Source: Catajapyx aquilonaris (taxonomy: Eukaryota). Taken from it: a stretch of DNA of 64,000 bases. How positions within the stretch are numbered: the stretch's first letter is position 1; each line of letters opens with the position of its first letter. A model generated the notes under the pieces. It saw only the letters and a list, made by a program, of their open reading frames with translations. It searched no databases and had not been told where the DNA came from. The stretch is taken from NCBI GenBank assembly GCA_000934665.2, contig JYFJ02000468.1, positions 62,001-126,000 on the forward strand, in the 5' to 3' direction. Below, piece by piece: positions 22,989-37,700 of this stretch. The position numbers and the translations under genes are program-made.

Positions 22989-24782
22989 CTACAGCATGCC
23001 AAGTAGCGAGAGAACAGCCAACAACAAAAACTGAAATGATACTGGAAGTGTCGCTGAATCACTGCAATCGTCGTCTTTTTCTAAAGGAATTTGACACTCA
23101 GTTTTCCAGTCCTCGGGCACATAGGGCCGAACAATATCCAGAAATTTATCCAGAGGGCACAGCTCAGTGCAGTCCGATAGCACCAACACTGCAGGCTCCG
23201 CATCTGTGCCATTCAAATACTTAATCTGCAAATGGAGAGTTATGTATATGACAGTTTCGTGTACTGAAAAGCGATTACATTTTTGTACGTAAGCCTACCT
23301 TAACTTCTAAGTGACCACCTGACTGCTGGTGTAGTTCGAACATAAGTGCTGCTGCATACGGCGGAATTTGTACTTCGAACAGTTTCAGAGTTTCAGAAAA
23401 GAATACGACGTTCGCATCATGAATGGAATACAAGAAGAGGAGTTGCGACGTAGGTTTAAGTGTCTTGTTACGGTACTTTTCGAATGTGGAAGTGACCCTT
23501 CCAAGCTGAGGTCCTGGAAGAAAATATCTATAATAATTGGACAAGTCCATTCCGTTAACAACTGCACTGTACAGTACATACCAGCTCGCAGTCTTTTTAG
23601 TATATTAGTATGACTAAACATGCGATATGCAGTGAGGGCCGCAGCTTTCATTTTGTCTGGGAAGACGTCTTTTGTCCAATCCGGCAGTGTCAAGTTGCGT
23701 TCAGTCTGTTTTTAAAGTGAGCATTACGTGTGTGAATTTTGTATATGAATATTTGATGTTTATTAATTACCTCGATCTTTAATGCGTCGTATAGTAATAT
23801 GTGGAAATATGGTGCCCACATTTTGGGTTCGCCTGATTTCTCCCTCAGATAGTTGGTCAAGTCGTTATCAAACACTTCAGGATGATCCATTACCCTGCGG
23901 TACTCTTCTTCTGCAAGTGGGCACGTTGATGCAGGATATAACTACAACAAAGAGGTATTGTTCAGTCAGCTAATTTGTTATTTTGCATATTTAAACACTA
24001 ACCGGGTCGTCTGCTGCAGACATCGTGTGAACTGGTATTGGCTGCCATGCCAATCCCTTCAACCACTGTTGGTTCATTTCTGGTGGGTACAGTCCGTGCA
24101 GAAATGTTTGGGCGCTCATGATGGAACGAGATTGATCAGAACTGTACGTGTACACGTAATCGTCTCTGAATTCTCTAGGAATGAAGTCCTTGTAAAGGTC
24201 TCGAATGCGTTTGCCAAGCTCGTATGTCTGAATCTTTCCAGCCTGAAGGAGAAGTTAATCACGAAATTAAAGGTGTTGAACTTAACGTTGCATATTTTAC
24301 TCAGAGATCTTACCGTAGTGAGTTGCGCCAAACCTTCGGGCCAATAGGCCTTGCTGCCATAAGGATCATTTGCGTATTGTAACAAAGGTGTTCTTTGTCC
24401 ATGTCTGAAAAACTGGTAGTGAAAGGTTAGTTGTGTTGGCTAACAGGTCTTGTAATTACCCTTAAAAGTGGCGTGTAATGGTGCATATGCAATAAGAAGG
24501 AAGGCTGATTGATTCCTGATGATTGAAACATGTCAAAAATTTGACGGCAAGTGACTTCCGCGTTAATTTTCCTGTCAGCTTAGGGTGTCATTATCGTAAT
24601 TGATGCTTTATGGAAAAATAGTGCTTTTGCATAACAAGGTTGTTTACACGATAGATATCAAGAGCAGAATGCCACAATGGACTTACCACGTGAAGAAGCC
24701 TCATAGTGTTTTCTTCAGCTCGTACGTTATAGCTACACGCAGATAATGTTGAAATTATCAGGATGAAAACTTGGACATCCAT
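22989..24782 (-). CDS. AP5: histidine acid phosphatase, GPI-like C-terminus (closest paralog of AP4)
   Basis: MDVQVFILIIS signal, FFRHGQRTP, SIHDANV. Ends ...FQFLLLAVLSLLGML*. Confidence 0.92.
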
Positions 24783-26311
24783 TTTTAATTGGAGGAGCCT
24801 GAAATAATTATTTTCACATGCTTGTTACGGCATTAAATATAAGGTACCCTTCAAGGATTTATGCACTTGTCACTTGGCACTCGGCACGAATGGTTATTTT
24901 ATAAAATGCAAATGGCAAGCTCTTCTCACTGGCAAGTAAAACGTTATGTAAATGTGAAATAGTATAACTCTAAAATTCGTGAGACATATTTAACAGATTA
25001 AGATTTTTTATACCATATGAGCCCCTCATCACGAAATGTTGCCATTTTAAAAATATTTACAATCATCCTAAAAGAAAGATTTGGATTATTTATGACATTG
25101 CATGTAAGAAACTACATTTAATTCGACCCACATTGCTTACTGTACGTATGACATGATGTTTTACCTGGCCACTAGTAAGATCGCTTCCAGAATGAACACT
25201 ACGAGCTTCAATGTTTACGGAACAATGTGGACTCTCCTGCAACTATAATCATGCAGTATAACCCGTTTGTCTTGAGCAATAATGATATCAGGCTATTCAG
25301 ATCATTAACGGACTGAAGAATGTACCAATCCACATTATTGCAATGTTTTTAATTAGACTAAGTGTGTGCGACAAAAATATGCGGAAAGAGTTGAGCCAGT
25401 TTTCAAGGCCAGTTAGCAATATAAATATGGCGAAGTTTTGTAATCTGTACCGAAACTGCCAAAATACTGTATTGTACATTGCAGTACAACATTCAACCCT
25501 AGATAATATTACAGTAGACTATAATACTAAGAAGAACGTTGCGCAACCAATTTGAGACTGGAAACTGGTTTCTATAGAGAAGCAGAATTTTTAAAATTCC
25601 CAAGTGCAGGTGCACTAGTTTGCCTTTATTGATTATTTTTTTCTTCGCAAATTTCTCTAGGTGCCTATAACTCACCTGCCGGAAAACTGAACCGACCACC
25701 GGAAAGTATCTTTCTATAGAGATCCATTGAATAATGACTAAGTTACCTCAATTTTGACCAAGATGTGACTCTGGTCGTTTTAGATTTCAAGTCTTGATTT
25801 TAAAAGTCATTACGATATGCCAGCAGATAGTCAGAAGTAAAGTTCGTGTTGTACTCATGTGGATTGTTAGACATATGGATCTAATCACTGAAATATGTGA
25901 CTTACTTTTATGGGGAAATGAATAGTTACTAAAATTAATGGAACAGAAAAAGTAGGATATGAAAGCATGACGTGTTTCATCATTTAAATACGTTGATATC
26001 GGTCTTAGTATACTTTATCGCACAGTACAGTAATTGCCCTTTAATACTAGACTTCAATAAGTAATTTCTCTGTTTACGTAATAATTGCTGCTCGTTTGGT
26101 GAGTAGCTTTAGATCAAATGTGGGACCATCAGAGGTTCTTTTTCCTTTACAAAAACTTTTAAACAAGCAGCCTTAGGTTACATAAATTCAAATCACTAAT
26201 TACCTTGCAGTGCAGTCGGGCAGTTAAAATATATTTTCAATATTACTGCGACAGACATCTTACTTACCTATAACTTCAGAACAAAGGAGTCCTTGCCACA
26301 CCAATACTTTC

Positions 26312-26444
26312 ATGCTCGATTGCACCAACGAAATTACCGCTTCGATCGCTCCTAACTGATCGTTAGCACACGTTAAAAGGGCTCCTAACGATCCATTAGG
26401 ATTTATGAATAGGATCGGTAATTTCGGTTGGTGCAATCGGGCAT
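26312..26444. repeat. ~28-bp inverted repeat, small MITE-like element
   Basis: atgctcgattgcaccaacgaaattaccg / cggtaatttcggttggtgcaatcgggcat, with an internal gctcctaac direct repeat. Confidence 0.65.
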
Positions 26445-26707
26445 CATTAGTCTTCCACAAGCTGACAGAAGTCGATATTTCTGGCGTATAGTTATAGGCA
26501 AGGTAGCAGGGCGGGATTCTCTTTGACGCATGCTCATATAATGACATTGCGCGCAAACCACATTTGTCAAATATTATCATCCAAAGTATCAGCCAATGCA
26601 ATTATTTGGTTCAGAATCGACTTTTCTTTAATTTGGATTCACACATACTATAGTCTAAATGCGGTGAATTTGCTGATTTAAAAAAACGCCTGTTATTGAT
26701 CACATTT

Positions 26708-28299
26708 CTACCATTTCCAACAGAAGCACACCATCAATATGAACATTAAAATATGGCTTCCTAAAAGGCACACACTGTCGCTTGACGTCTTCAGGCACTC
26801 AGTTTTCCAATCACTAGGAACAAGACGAAGAGCAATGCTCAAAAAATCATCAAGAAGGCACATGTCCGTGCATCCAGGCATCACCAGCACTTGTGGATCA
26901 CTATTAGTACCATTCAGATATCGAATCTGCAATGGGACATTCCGGTTAGTGAATGAAACCCCAGTGTAAGAAAATAATGTATGCGGTACCTTCACTCCAA
27001 AATGTCCGTCTGACAACTCGTGAAGTTCAAACATCATCGCGACACCATACGGCAGCGAGTGGGGCTCAAACAGGTCCAAAGCCTGCGCCAACGACATGAT
27101 GCTAAAATCATGCACAGAATATATGAACAGTTTGCGTGAAGGTGGCGAGATTGTCCGGTTGCGGTGTCTCTGGAAACCAGTTGTCACTTGCTCGATAAGT
27201 GGTCCTGAAAAACATTTTTGTTTACATATCAGGGATTGTTCATTAAGAGCCATACCTGCTCGTAGTCTCTTCAGTAATGGCGTATAGACGAATATCTTAT
27301 ACACAAATATTGCCATTACTTTAAGCTTATCTGGATACACTGCTTTTGACCACTCCGGAAGAGGCAAGTTGTGTTCTTCCTGCAAGCACAAGAGGACATC
27401 AGAATTACAGATGGTATATAAGGAATGATCATTGTTTTCCTACCTGAACTTTTAATATGTCATATATTAATAAATAATAAGGCAGAAATTCAAGGCTCTT
27501 CGTCTCTCCTGCATGCTTCTTCAGATATCCGATAACGTCCTGATCGATCACTCTTTGCACTTCGGGAAGAGCTTGCACTCGTGTGAATTCTGTTAGGGCA
27601 ACCTCACACGCTGACACTGGATATAACTGATGCAAGATGACGATAGTTCATAAAGGTAGATTAATTTTGAATAACTCGTAGTTTGAACCGTTCTGAACAC
27701 CGATCCCGTTACAAGGTTATTGTATAACTGACTTACCGGATCGTCATATGCAGACCTAGTGTGAACTGGGACTGGCTGCCATGGCATGTGCTTCAACCAC
27801 CGTTGGTGTTTGTCTGGTGGGTACAGTCCGGCTAGGAATGTTTGCGCGCTCATGATGGCTCGAGACTGATCAGTACTGTAAACGTACACGTCATCATCTC
27901 TGAATTCTTTAGGGATAAATCCGTGGTAAATACTCCTGATACGTTTCCCCAATTCGTATGTTTCACGCTTTCCAACCTGAATGTGAAGTCGTCATAAACT
28001 CTTAGAGCATATTAGAGAAAGGTAAGCTTACCTTTGTAATTTGAGACCAGCCTTCAGGCCAGTAGGACAGATCACTGTAAGGGTCAGTTGGATAAGGCTT
28101 GATTGGTGTTCTTTGCCCATGCCGGAAAAACTGTGGGCGGATAAAAGTCATATTGTGCACTATTCTGTCAGACATGTCTCATAATTATCTACTTTGATAC
28201 CACGTGAACACTCCTGAGACTCAGTGAACCCGCTTCATGGCACCCAGTCAGGTGGCACAAGAAACTTGTCAGTAATAACAGAGGACACCAGTATTCCAT
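26708..28299 (-). CDS. AP6: histidine acid phosphatase, hydrophobic C-terminus
   Basis: MEYWCPLLLLTSFLC signal, FFRHGQRTP, SVHDFSI. Ends ...ILMFILMVCFCWKW*. Confidence 0.92.
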
Positions 28300-30074
28300 T
28301 TTTTTAAATTATTGAGGAACCTGGAATAATGATTGCAACATGGCAGGGTAGTTTTGTCAGGATAGTACAGCAATAGTACAGTATAGGCTACATTTACATA
28401 ATTTTCACATTTAGGGTCTGATTATGTCGTATAATATTTTCCATTATCTGGAGCACCTCGTGTTTATTATAGACGCAATGGAAATTGCGATCATTTCAAA
28501 ATCAGTTACTGATGTATCATTGAAATATCAAACTTGTTTTCTTACTATGTCAGCATATTTATACCTGATGTTAAGGAAAAGATGAGGCTTGAATAAGGCT
28601 CTATCTGGTTGTCATAAATGTTGATGGTATAATTATTACAAGGCTATGCAGTAAGACGTTCATTGTACGAAATTAGAGTGAGCTTATTTTTGATTCATGA
28701 TATGTACACGAACATCACTTTACATAAATCGAATTTAATAGTTGATTTTTTGTTATTTGAGTCACGAATCATTACTCTTCACTTTAGAGAAATAAATGTT
28801 ATAAATGTTATAAATGATATAAATGTTGTACAGTACAATTACCAAATCACCAATTAGTACGATTCACGCCAAAATTGTCTTCTACTTCCTACCACGACGA
28901 AAATTGCGCAAACACCTTCAGAACTTGCTCCGAGCACTGCTCTCGTGATGAACTTGTCTCACTGCTTTATACTCGTAGTCTTCGATGATGGATGATACAA
29001 GGTAAACATGATTGTTATGAAATATGCACATGCTTCTTGACACGCAAACAGGTGTAGTACGTGTAAGGGCATGTCATATTTGCATAATAAAAAGATCCAG
29101 ATGCAATAATTAAATGAAACTACTACTTAGCCTTGCACAGTATGCGTTACTTTGTCGCATGTCTTTCAAACAACTGTCGGACATATTTTGGCAAATAAAA
29201 CCTTGTTTCAGTCTTTTGCCTCAAATTTAGTCGTGTAATATTATTTAGAGTACAGTAGAATATTATGAAACAATGGCAGTCGGGATGGTTAGGCTACAAT
29301 CCAGCTTACAGTAACTATTACCTGTAAAAGTACCGCTTGCCAAGACTGAGACCCCGATGTCTTTTCCAATGAGTCCTGTTTCAAGACTGCTTGTTATTTT
29401 TATAAGCATTGGCATGTTACTGTGGGTTGATAAGTCATGAAACCATTAAAATAATTTCATGGGATTATCTACGAGTTATATTATTCGTTTTATTAATACT
29501 AAAGTTTTAATTTGAAGCCCAATAAGGATGTACAAGCCATTTTCTACTGGGATAAATCCATTCCCATCCCTCCAAGGTTATTAAAAAATACAATAATTAG
29601 AGTTTATTATATCAGAACACAATATTAATGTGGTGTACGAATTTAGTCGTGCATTTAATTATCATTCTAATAACATTCTATGATACAGTGTCAGTATTGA
29701 TTAAAAACAATTCATGCCATAGGTCTTGTTGTAGTGTTTCATCATTTGAAAACTGAAAACTGCAGTGTTTATTGGCATCAACTACATCTACCTTACCTTA
29801 CAGTATTATCAATTAACATGATACCTCTGATATGTACAGTATTATAGTAATTCGGGATTAAACTTGCATCAGAAAAAGTGCCAGGGTACATCTATACTTT
29901 ACATTTTCCGGTCAATAATCTCTCGAACATATATGCAGCCAAGATGAGGCTTTCCGATATCAAACTTTATGCAACATCAATTTTATCAGAAGGCCTTGCA
30001 CCCACCAAAACAAGATAAAACCTGGCAGTCGGTACTTAAAATCCAGCGAGGTCTGTAGGGAACAGATTGATGTA

Positions 30075-32017
30075 ATGCTTGCAATCCCGTCTCTTCTTTT
30101 CAAATGCATTTTGGCCATTGTCCTCGTGTTTGTAATCTCACTGTGCCTGCGAGGACAACGCGCGACCTCTGACCTGGAAAGCGTGCCATTCGCACTTCAA
30201 CAGGTGCAACTCGCAGCTGCAGGCAATACCCTTCAGCTGTTGCATGTAGTAAGTATCACTGCACCATGTAATCGAAGGTGTAATAATATTCCTGTACATG
30301 TTGCCATCAGATCCATCGCCATGGCGAAAGAACACCGTTGAAGACATATGCTAATGATCAGTACAAAAATGGCAGCAAGTGGCCTGAAGGTTGGGCCCAT
30401 TTGACTTTGGTAAGTTTGTCCGTTTGAATTCTTCAAATGCATGTGTACCGTAAATGAGCTCGTTACCGCTGTACATAATAATTTTTATCACCTTTGATAA
30501 ATTGCAAGGTGGGAAAGCGACAGGTTTACGAGCTGGGCCAGTTCCTGAGGAGGCGATACCGAGGTCTGATAGGTGAGGTGTACAATGACGATGATGTGTA
30601 CGTTCGAAGCACGGACATGTCTCGAACTCTGATGAGCGCGGAGATTCTGTTGGCTGCCCTTTATCCTCCTGGCGAATCGGAGGTCTGGAACCCTGGGTTG
30701 AATTGGCAGCCCGTACCCGTTCACACACTCCCTACAAATATGGACACGGTACGTTGAATGTGGAATTTAGTAAAATGCCTGACGCATCTTGCTGGTATGT
30801 GGATCGAATATGATGGTTATCACGTCAAAGAAAGTTTCGGACAACATGACGACCATCAGCACTCAAGCAAGGTTATGAAGAAAATTATTTTAACCTTGCT
30901 AGAGTTGTGCAGAGTGCTTAGAAATGATGCAATACATTACTTGAAATGATGTAATCATTTAAATGCTGCAAGTACGTCAAAAAGGGTGCTTTAATGCACG
31001 TACTACACGTCACTCCCATGACAGCAGCATAACAGGTATGTTGGATTTTTTTTTAAAGACAGGGAAAGTAGGTTATATCTTATATAAAATGTGATCTGTC
31101 CTTGCATTTGTATGCTTCTAATGCTTGTTCAATTTCAGGTTTTGAACCAGCATTTTCCTTGTTTGCGATACAACATGGAGGAAATCAAAGTTGAAATGCT
31201 GCCAGAGATGAGGACGATTCGCGAGGACAACCGAGAGTTGTATTCATATTTGCAAAATCACAGTGGAGACCCAATTAAAACCTTGAAGGACGTTTTCGAC
31301 TTACACGACGAACTAAAATGCGAGGTAAAAATCCCAGAATCACTTACCGTATCTACTTTTTAAAACATGATTTGTTTCCAACAATTCATTCATATCATCA
31401 ATTATTGCCATCATCATTATCATCATCATTATGCCAATTTTTATTTAATTTCAGCAAGAAATGGGGTTGCAATTACCGGATTGGACCTCCGAGGTGTTTC
31501 CTAATAAAACGGAACCGCTGTTTTCGTTGCATTTCTTCTACCGAACATCCACTGCGGAAATGAAGCGGATCAAGGCAGGACCTCTTCTGAACGACATAGT
31601 CACACATTTGCGGTCCTTTGTGAACGGAACACTGGAACCTCCCAGTAGAAAAATTTATCTGTACTCAAGCCATGACAGCGGAATATCAAGCCTCATGCAC
31701 ATTCTGGATCTGTTTTGGCCTCACGTTCCTCCAGCAGCATCAGCACTTTTGCTCGAACTTCATAAGGAAAACGATGGTCAGCATGTGGTCAAGGTGCGTG
31801 TCATGTCAAATATGCATCAAGTGGTTGCATAATGTTATCCTCGGTGTTTTCTTTTATGTAGATTCTTTACCGAAACGACACCTCGACAGAGCCGTACCTG
31901 TTGGAAATGCCTAATTGCAAGCCTGAGTGCCATCTGGAAAATTTTCTGGACATCACTTCCCCGCTGTTAGTCACCGATTTGGCTCAAGAATGTGTCTTGC
32001 AGGAAGATAAGAGTTGA
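30075..32017 (+). CDS. AP7: histidine acid phosphatase, no C-terminal anchor (secreted or N-terminal signal-anchor)
   Basis: Long hydrophobic N-terminus, IHRHGERTP, STDMSRTLMSA, SSHDSGI. Ends ...AQECVLQEDKS*. 6 exons. Confidence 0.92.
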
Positions 32018-32998
32018 CGAAACGTATACCAATTAGGTTGCCAATTAATAGCCAAAAGAAATGATATCCTATGGATGCTTGGCCATCCACTGATTGATCC
32101 CACCTATTATGGATTATAATTATAAATATTTCGTGCTACTGGTTAATGATTCTGGTTGTGTTTTATTTATTGTTTTCATTGTTCAAACGGAGATGACCTC
32201 TTCTGCATCGCATATGCCTGTACGATATAATTTTACTGCAGGAATTCACACACTGATGATATTATGGAAGTATGATACAATGTGTTATTATTATGCAACC
32301 CATTAATGCGTCATTGGACCTTCACATGCAATCTGTTACCAGCAACCAGACAAGATCATTCCGGAAAACTAGAGCTGATGATGACCCTGTGATGACCTCA
32401 AATGAATGCCTGAAATTCCTGGTATTTTTCCCACGTCATGGGATCAACAAAAGACATTCTGAAGTGCTCATTGAGGCCTGGTGTATATATTCAATATACG
32501 AGAATATTTCTGATCACATTTCATACCCTTGGAAATATTCCTTATGTTGTTTTCGTACAACTGGACATCATAGTCCTCCTCATAAGTATATGAATGCTCA
32601 AAGATTATATAGCCTATACTGCATGGGGGCACATGTGCACAAGCAAATATTATTAAGTACGCTATTTTTAAAGTGCAATCTTTATTTTACACTTTATTTT
32701 CAATTTTTTTTACAACATTTTATAACAAAATAACACTGACCTCGGGAAAGTCGTTGCTCTTTGAGCCCGAGCAGATAACGTGAGTTACTTACGCGCAGTT
32801 TTGAAGCTGTTCTGATCCAGTTCTGATCAGATCCCTGCATTGCAAGGACGTACTTGTAAATTCCCCGAAAAGGTGTACGTGCGTGACCATCTTGTTGCAG
32901 AATACGATAGGCGTGATGTATAAATGTTATCAGCATCTGGACTCTTGTCATTCATAACGTTGTGAGTGTGCTGTAGTGATCTGTTGTTGCCCTGGAGG

Positions 32999-35001
32999 AT
33001 GGTCCTCAAACTATTGTTGCTAGTTTTGGTCATTGCTTGTGACAATCGAAGTCTAGCTGCTGGTTCCAACTCTACACAAGCAGATAAATCGTTGGTGTTA
33101 CTGCATGTGGTAGGAATTTGTCAATTTGTAGTACTTTACGTGGGTGTTTGTTTCATAACTTTCACCTGCTGCTTTTTATCTAGATATTTCGACATGGAGA
33201 TAGAAATCCTCAAGAGAGAATGGGTCCCAACGATCCTTACGTTGGACCCGACTACTGGCCGGAAGGATATTATAATCTTAATAACGTGAGTTTATTTTTT
33301 CTTATCATGTCGTTCTGCTGTCGTATATTGACACGGAAGACACCAATGGATCCTTATCATTCGCTGACCATTCCACTCACACTATTTCGTGCATTGACAC
33401 CTGATCCATATGTTCAAAGGTTTTTTTCTGCACATATCCCAAAACATGCCTTACCATGCATGGATCATGTGCAACCATGATTGAACTCAGTAACCTTCGC
33501 TATTATCAGTGAAGTGTATTGATATAGTTAGTACAGGTACTGAGACAGCACTAGTAGTGATATGGCATGATATATTGTACTATTTACTTTTGACATTGTA
33601 CCTTGCACGATAATTCTGTAGGTCTTACCTTTCCGCTAATTTTTCCTACTTAGCTTTATTGTTGAACACACAATACATGTATGGCTGAATATACGACCCC
33701 GTTTGTGCATTTCAGATGGGCAAGATGCGCATGTTCAAGCTAGGCCAATTCCTGAAGGAACGATACGGAGCTTTTCTTGGCGAATACTCCGATGAAAAAG
33801 TGTGGGTGAGAAGCACAGACAAGTCGAGGACACTAATGAGTGCTGAATGCGTCGTGGCAGGATTGTATCCTCCGACAGAGGACCAGGTCTGGAACCAAAA
33901 CTTGTCCAACTGGCAGCCCATCCCTGTTCACACTGTTCCCGTACCGGAAGATCGGGTATTTCAATCACCTCTTACCAATGTCGCATCTTGTACTGAACCC
34001 TACATTTTATTTACAGCTACTGAACGAGATCGGCTGTCCAACCTATGCAGCAGCAATGCAAGCTTATGAGAATTCCCCAAGCATAGCAAAGATGAAGCAA
34101 GATGATGCAGAGAAGCTGGCAGATCTGGGTCGTCACCTGGGGAAAAACATCACTACTCTAAAAGATATGATGAATTTTGCTGACGGAATATCAGTATTAT
34201 TGCAGAGCAATCTCACCCTGCCTGATTGGATAAATGAATTTTATCCTGATTGGGTTGAACATTACCACACACTTGGACGAGCACCGTTGCACAACAATGA
34301 TGTAGTGAAGCGAATACAGGCTGGTAATACTTTTTACAGATGGAAAATTCACTAGTTTATTTTTTGGTTGCATTAGCCGAATGATAGAATGGCTATTTAT
34401 ACGAGTACATTTTTTATTTTGAAAACTCCCTCCCTCTTCAGGTCCTCTTCTGGAAGAATGGAGAAGCAATTTTAGAAAATTTCAAAACTTGGCTCAGGAT
34501 GAATTGAATTTCTTTTTATACGCTGCTCACGATTACAACCTGATGGTTGTACTGAACTCTTTGGACATTTTCTACGACGAGCAGTCACCATATGGTACCG
34601 TGATTATGGTGGAGATGCACCAGGAGCCCTCCCGAGGGTTCTTTGTCAAAACTTACTTTCGACGAGGAAATGAAACGGAGACGAAGTTACTGACTCCAAA
34701 GAGTTGCGACCAAGAGTGCCCATTGGAGCAGTTCATTTCAATTATGAATAAAACAATCCCCAAGGACTGGAATCTGGAATGCTATGGGGCAGTTCCTTCA
34801 GGTAGGTCTCGATTGTAAATTAACAAGGAGAAACACTCCATCATTATACTTTTCATTGCATTAACAGGTCCTGGAATGGTCAATGTGGGCTACCTCACCA
34901 TTTTAGTCATAGTTATTCTATACTCTGCTGTAATGACTATATTGATAATTGTGTTTGTCTGGATAAGGCCAACTAGAAGAAAGGGATATAATCCCCTGTG
35001 A
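32999..35001 (+). CDS. AP8: type I membrane histidine acid phosphatase with GYNPL tail
   Basis: IFRHGDRNP, AAHDYNL. Last exon encodes a TM helix plus RPTRRKGYNPL*. Confidence 0.92.
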
Positions 35002-35764
35002 TTTACTGTTGTAATCAATGTACAGTATTTAAATAAGTCAAGAATGTAATGATTGTTGCACTTTTTAAAATGGTAAAATCGGTGTCTGATGGGGGTGATG
35101 AAGGTGAAATAGCCCTGCATATCGGAGCAATTATTACAATTTTTGAAAATTACAATACCTAATAATTCCTCATTGATTCCCAAATGCATCTGAGGGCACC
35201 TTCCCATTCCTCCGATGAATTTATTTCAAAATCATATACTAAAACGAGTCGAACTATGTGTGACATAGTTAAGGTACGGTACCTATGAAATTAATACACT
35301 GCCATATTCTTCCAATAAAATAATACTTAAACTGTTTATATGCAGCATCAAACTTCATTTCAATTTCTGTTTGATGTGTTGGTGCCATTATTTCCTCCTT
35401 CATTTTGTATTCAGCTAATAAATTTGTCACTACAGTAATTATATTTGTGTTCATGAGGTTCACATATTTGTAAATGAGTTTTTATGGCTCTGAAGTGTCG
35501 CTTGCATTATTCATTATGTGAGTGTCACTAGGTGAATTTGCCAGAATACCTGTCATGTGGGTTAAGTGCAAATAAATCAATGGTTTAGAGAAAAGTTACA
35601 CTATCAGGGTCAACATTTTCACAGATGATTGCAGAACAACGGCAACTGGTTCAGAAAGATTAAGAGATAAGCACACCTATTATCGCTGATTTCTAGACAC
35701 AGCAAGTACTATTTTCGTGTCACGTTTCTGGTTTCGGGCATACGACTCCTGCAGAGATGGAACG

Positions 35765-37700
35765 ATGCTTCTCATTTACCTGTTTTTCGCATTAGCAGCT
35801 AGCCTACTAGTCAGTAGTGAGAAGTCCACTTCAGAGCAATCGCTCTTGTTACTGAATGTGGTAAGTGCAGTTAAGTTACTACATATCAGTTAACTCAACT
35901 ACATTTCGGCTTTGAGCATGCAATAAGTGAAAAATCAGTTTGAGAGCCACGTTTGTGATCAATCAATTAAATCAAGCTTCAACTTGAATATTTTCAGACC
36001 ACCACAATATTGCATTTACCTAATGTTTGCAACAATACACTCAATAATTTCAGCTGTTTAGACATGGTGATCGCAATCCTCGCCAACGACTAGGGTACAA
36101 TGACCCATATCAAAACGAATCCTTTTGGCCTGGAGGATACGGAAATCTTAATAATGTATGTATAGGAACAATGCAGATATTGTAGCCTACTTGATTTTCC
36201 TCCCCAAAGTTAATTATTATTCCTTTTGCTTCCCTCAGGAAGGGAAGATGAGGATGTTCCAGTTGGGTCAAAGTTTAAGGAAAGAGTACGGCTCTTTTTT
36301 GGCAAATTACTCGGATTCGACAATCCACATGAGGAGCACTGATAAGTCTCGAACTCTGATGTCGGCGGAATGTTTTCTTGCTGGACTGTTTCCACCTGAA
36401 GGAGATCAAATCTGGAATCAAGATTTGCTCTGGCAACCTATCCCCATACACACCGTTCCTTTAGAAGAAGACGTGGTAAGATATATTCTTATAATCTTGT
36501 AGAACCTGTACTGAAAACCCAGCGATAAGTTTATTTACAGGATCCGAACATTTCTAACCAAATAACAAACATATCTGATAGTTGCTGCATGATTCAGCTG
36601 AATGCCCTGGATACTATGAAGATCAACAGATGTACTTCAAATCAGACCATGTCCAACGATTGTTGAATCAGAATAGTACCACATTGGCACATTATAGGAA
36701 CATGACTGGGTTTCAAGTCGCCAATATCAGGAATTTAGTTGACGCTTACGACATCATTCGCATTCAGGTACGAGAACATTCTAATCATAAGTTATGAACT
36801 GGTTATTATTTTAACTGACTGTGCCGATTTCTTCCGAAATGTAACAAATACAGCTGCAGCATAACTATACTCCTCCTGCTTGGGTTTACGACTTTTACCC
36901 AGATTGGTTGTACCCATTTTATGAAGACTGGCAAAGGAATGGCAGAGTCTTTACCACCAGGATAAAGAGGATATTATGCGGTTGGTTAATGTTTGATAAT
37001 GTTAATTTTTTGTGAGTTATATCTTTAAAATTGTGGTATTAGTACATATAATAAACATCCAGGCCCCATATTTGAAGAGTGGCAGACTCACTTACGTCAA
37101 CTACAGAATGGAACTATGAATGAAATGAAGGCTTTCTTGTACTGTGCACACGACACCAACATTATTGCCATACTTTCTTGCTTTGGATATGAGACACCGT
37201 GGGTACCTCCCTTTGGGTCATCCCTTGTGATGGAAGTTCATTACGGACACCTTCGAGGATTCTATATCAAAGCAAGTACTTGGATGCAGGTGCAATAATT
37301 ACCAAATACGTAGCCTACATAACTGTCCTTTTCTGCACACAGATGTTGTATCACAATGGCACAGAAGGCGATCCTCTTCATTTAAGCCCGATGGGTTGTA
37401 GTCCTGAATGTCCTGTGGATGATTTTATTACCAATTTGAATCCTTTCATTCCCGAAAGTTGGCACGAAGAATGCTTTGGGAAGCCACACACTGGTATGCA
37501 GCAACAATTCGTTGAGATAAAGCGCAATTGCAATGAGAATTAATTGTTATACGTATGATTTTTCAGACTTTTCACGGGACAATGGTTTCTACATGATCAT
37601 GGTGATGTATTTGCTAATTTCTGCCATGACCGTTTCATTAGTTGCATTCTTGGCATATAAGAAGGGAACTTCGAAAAGGAGCGAATACCAAAAATTATAG
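35765..37700 (+). CDS. AP9: type I membrane histidine acid phosphatase (one GC-AG intron)
   Basis: LFRHGDRNP, CAHDTNI, TM plus KKGTSKRSEYQKL*. Intron 37272-37342 starts GCAAGT. Confidence 0.9.
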
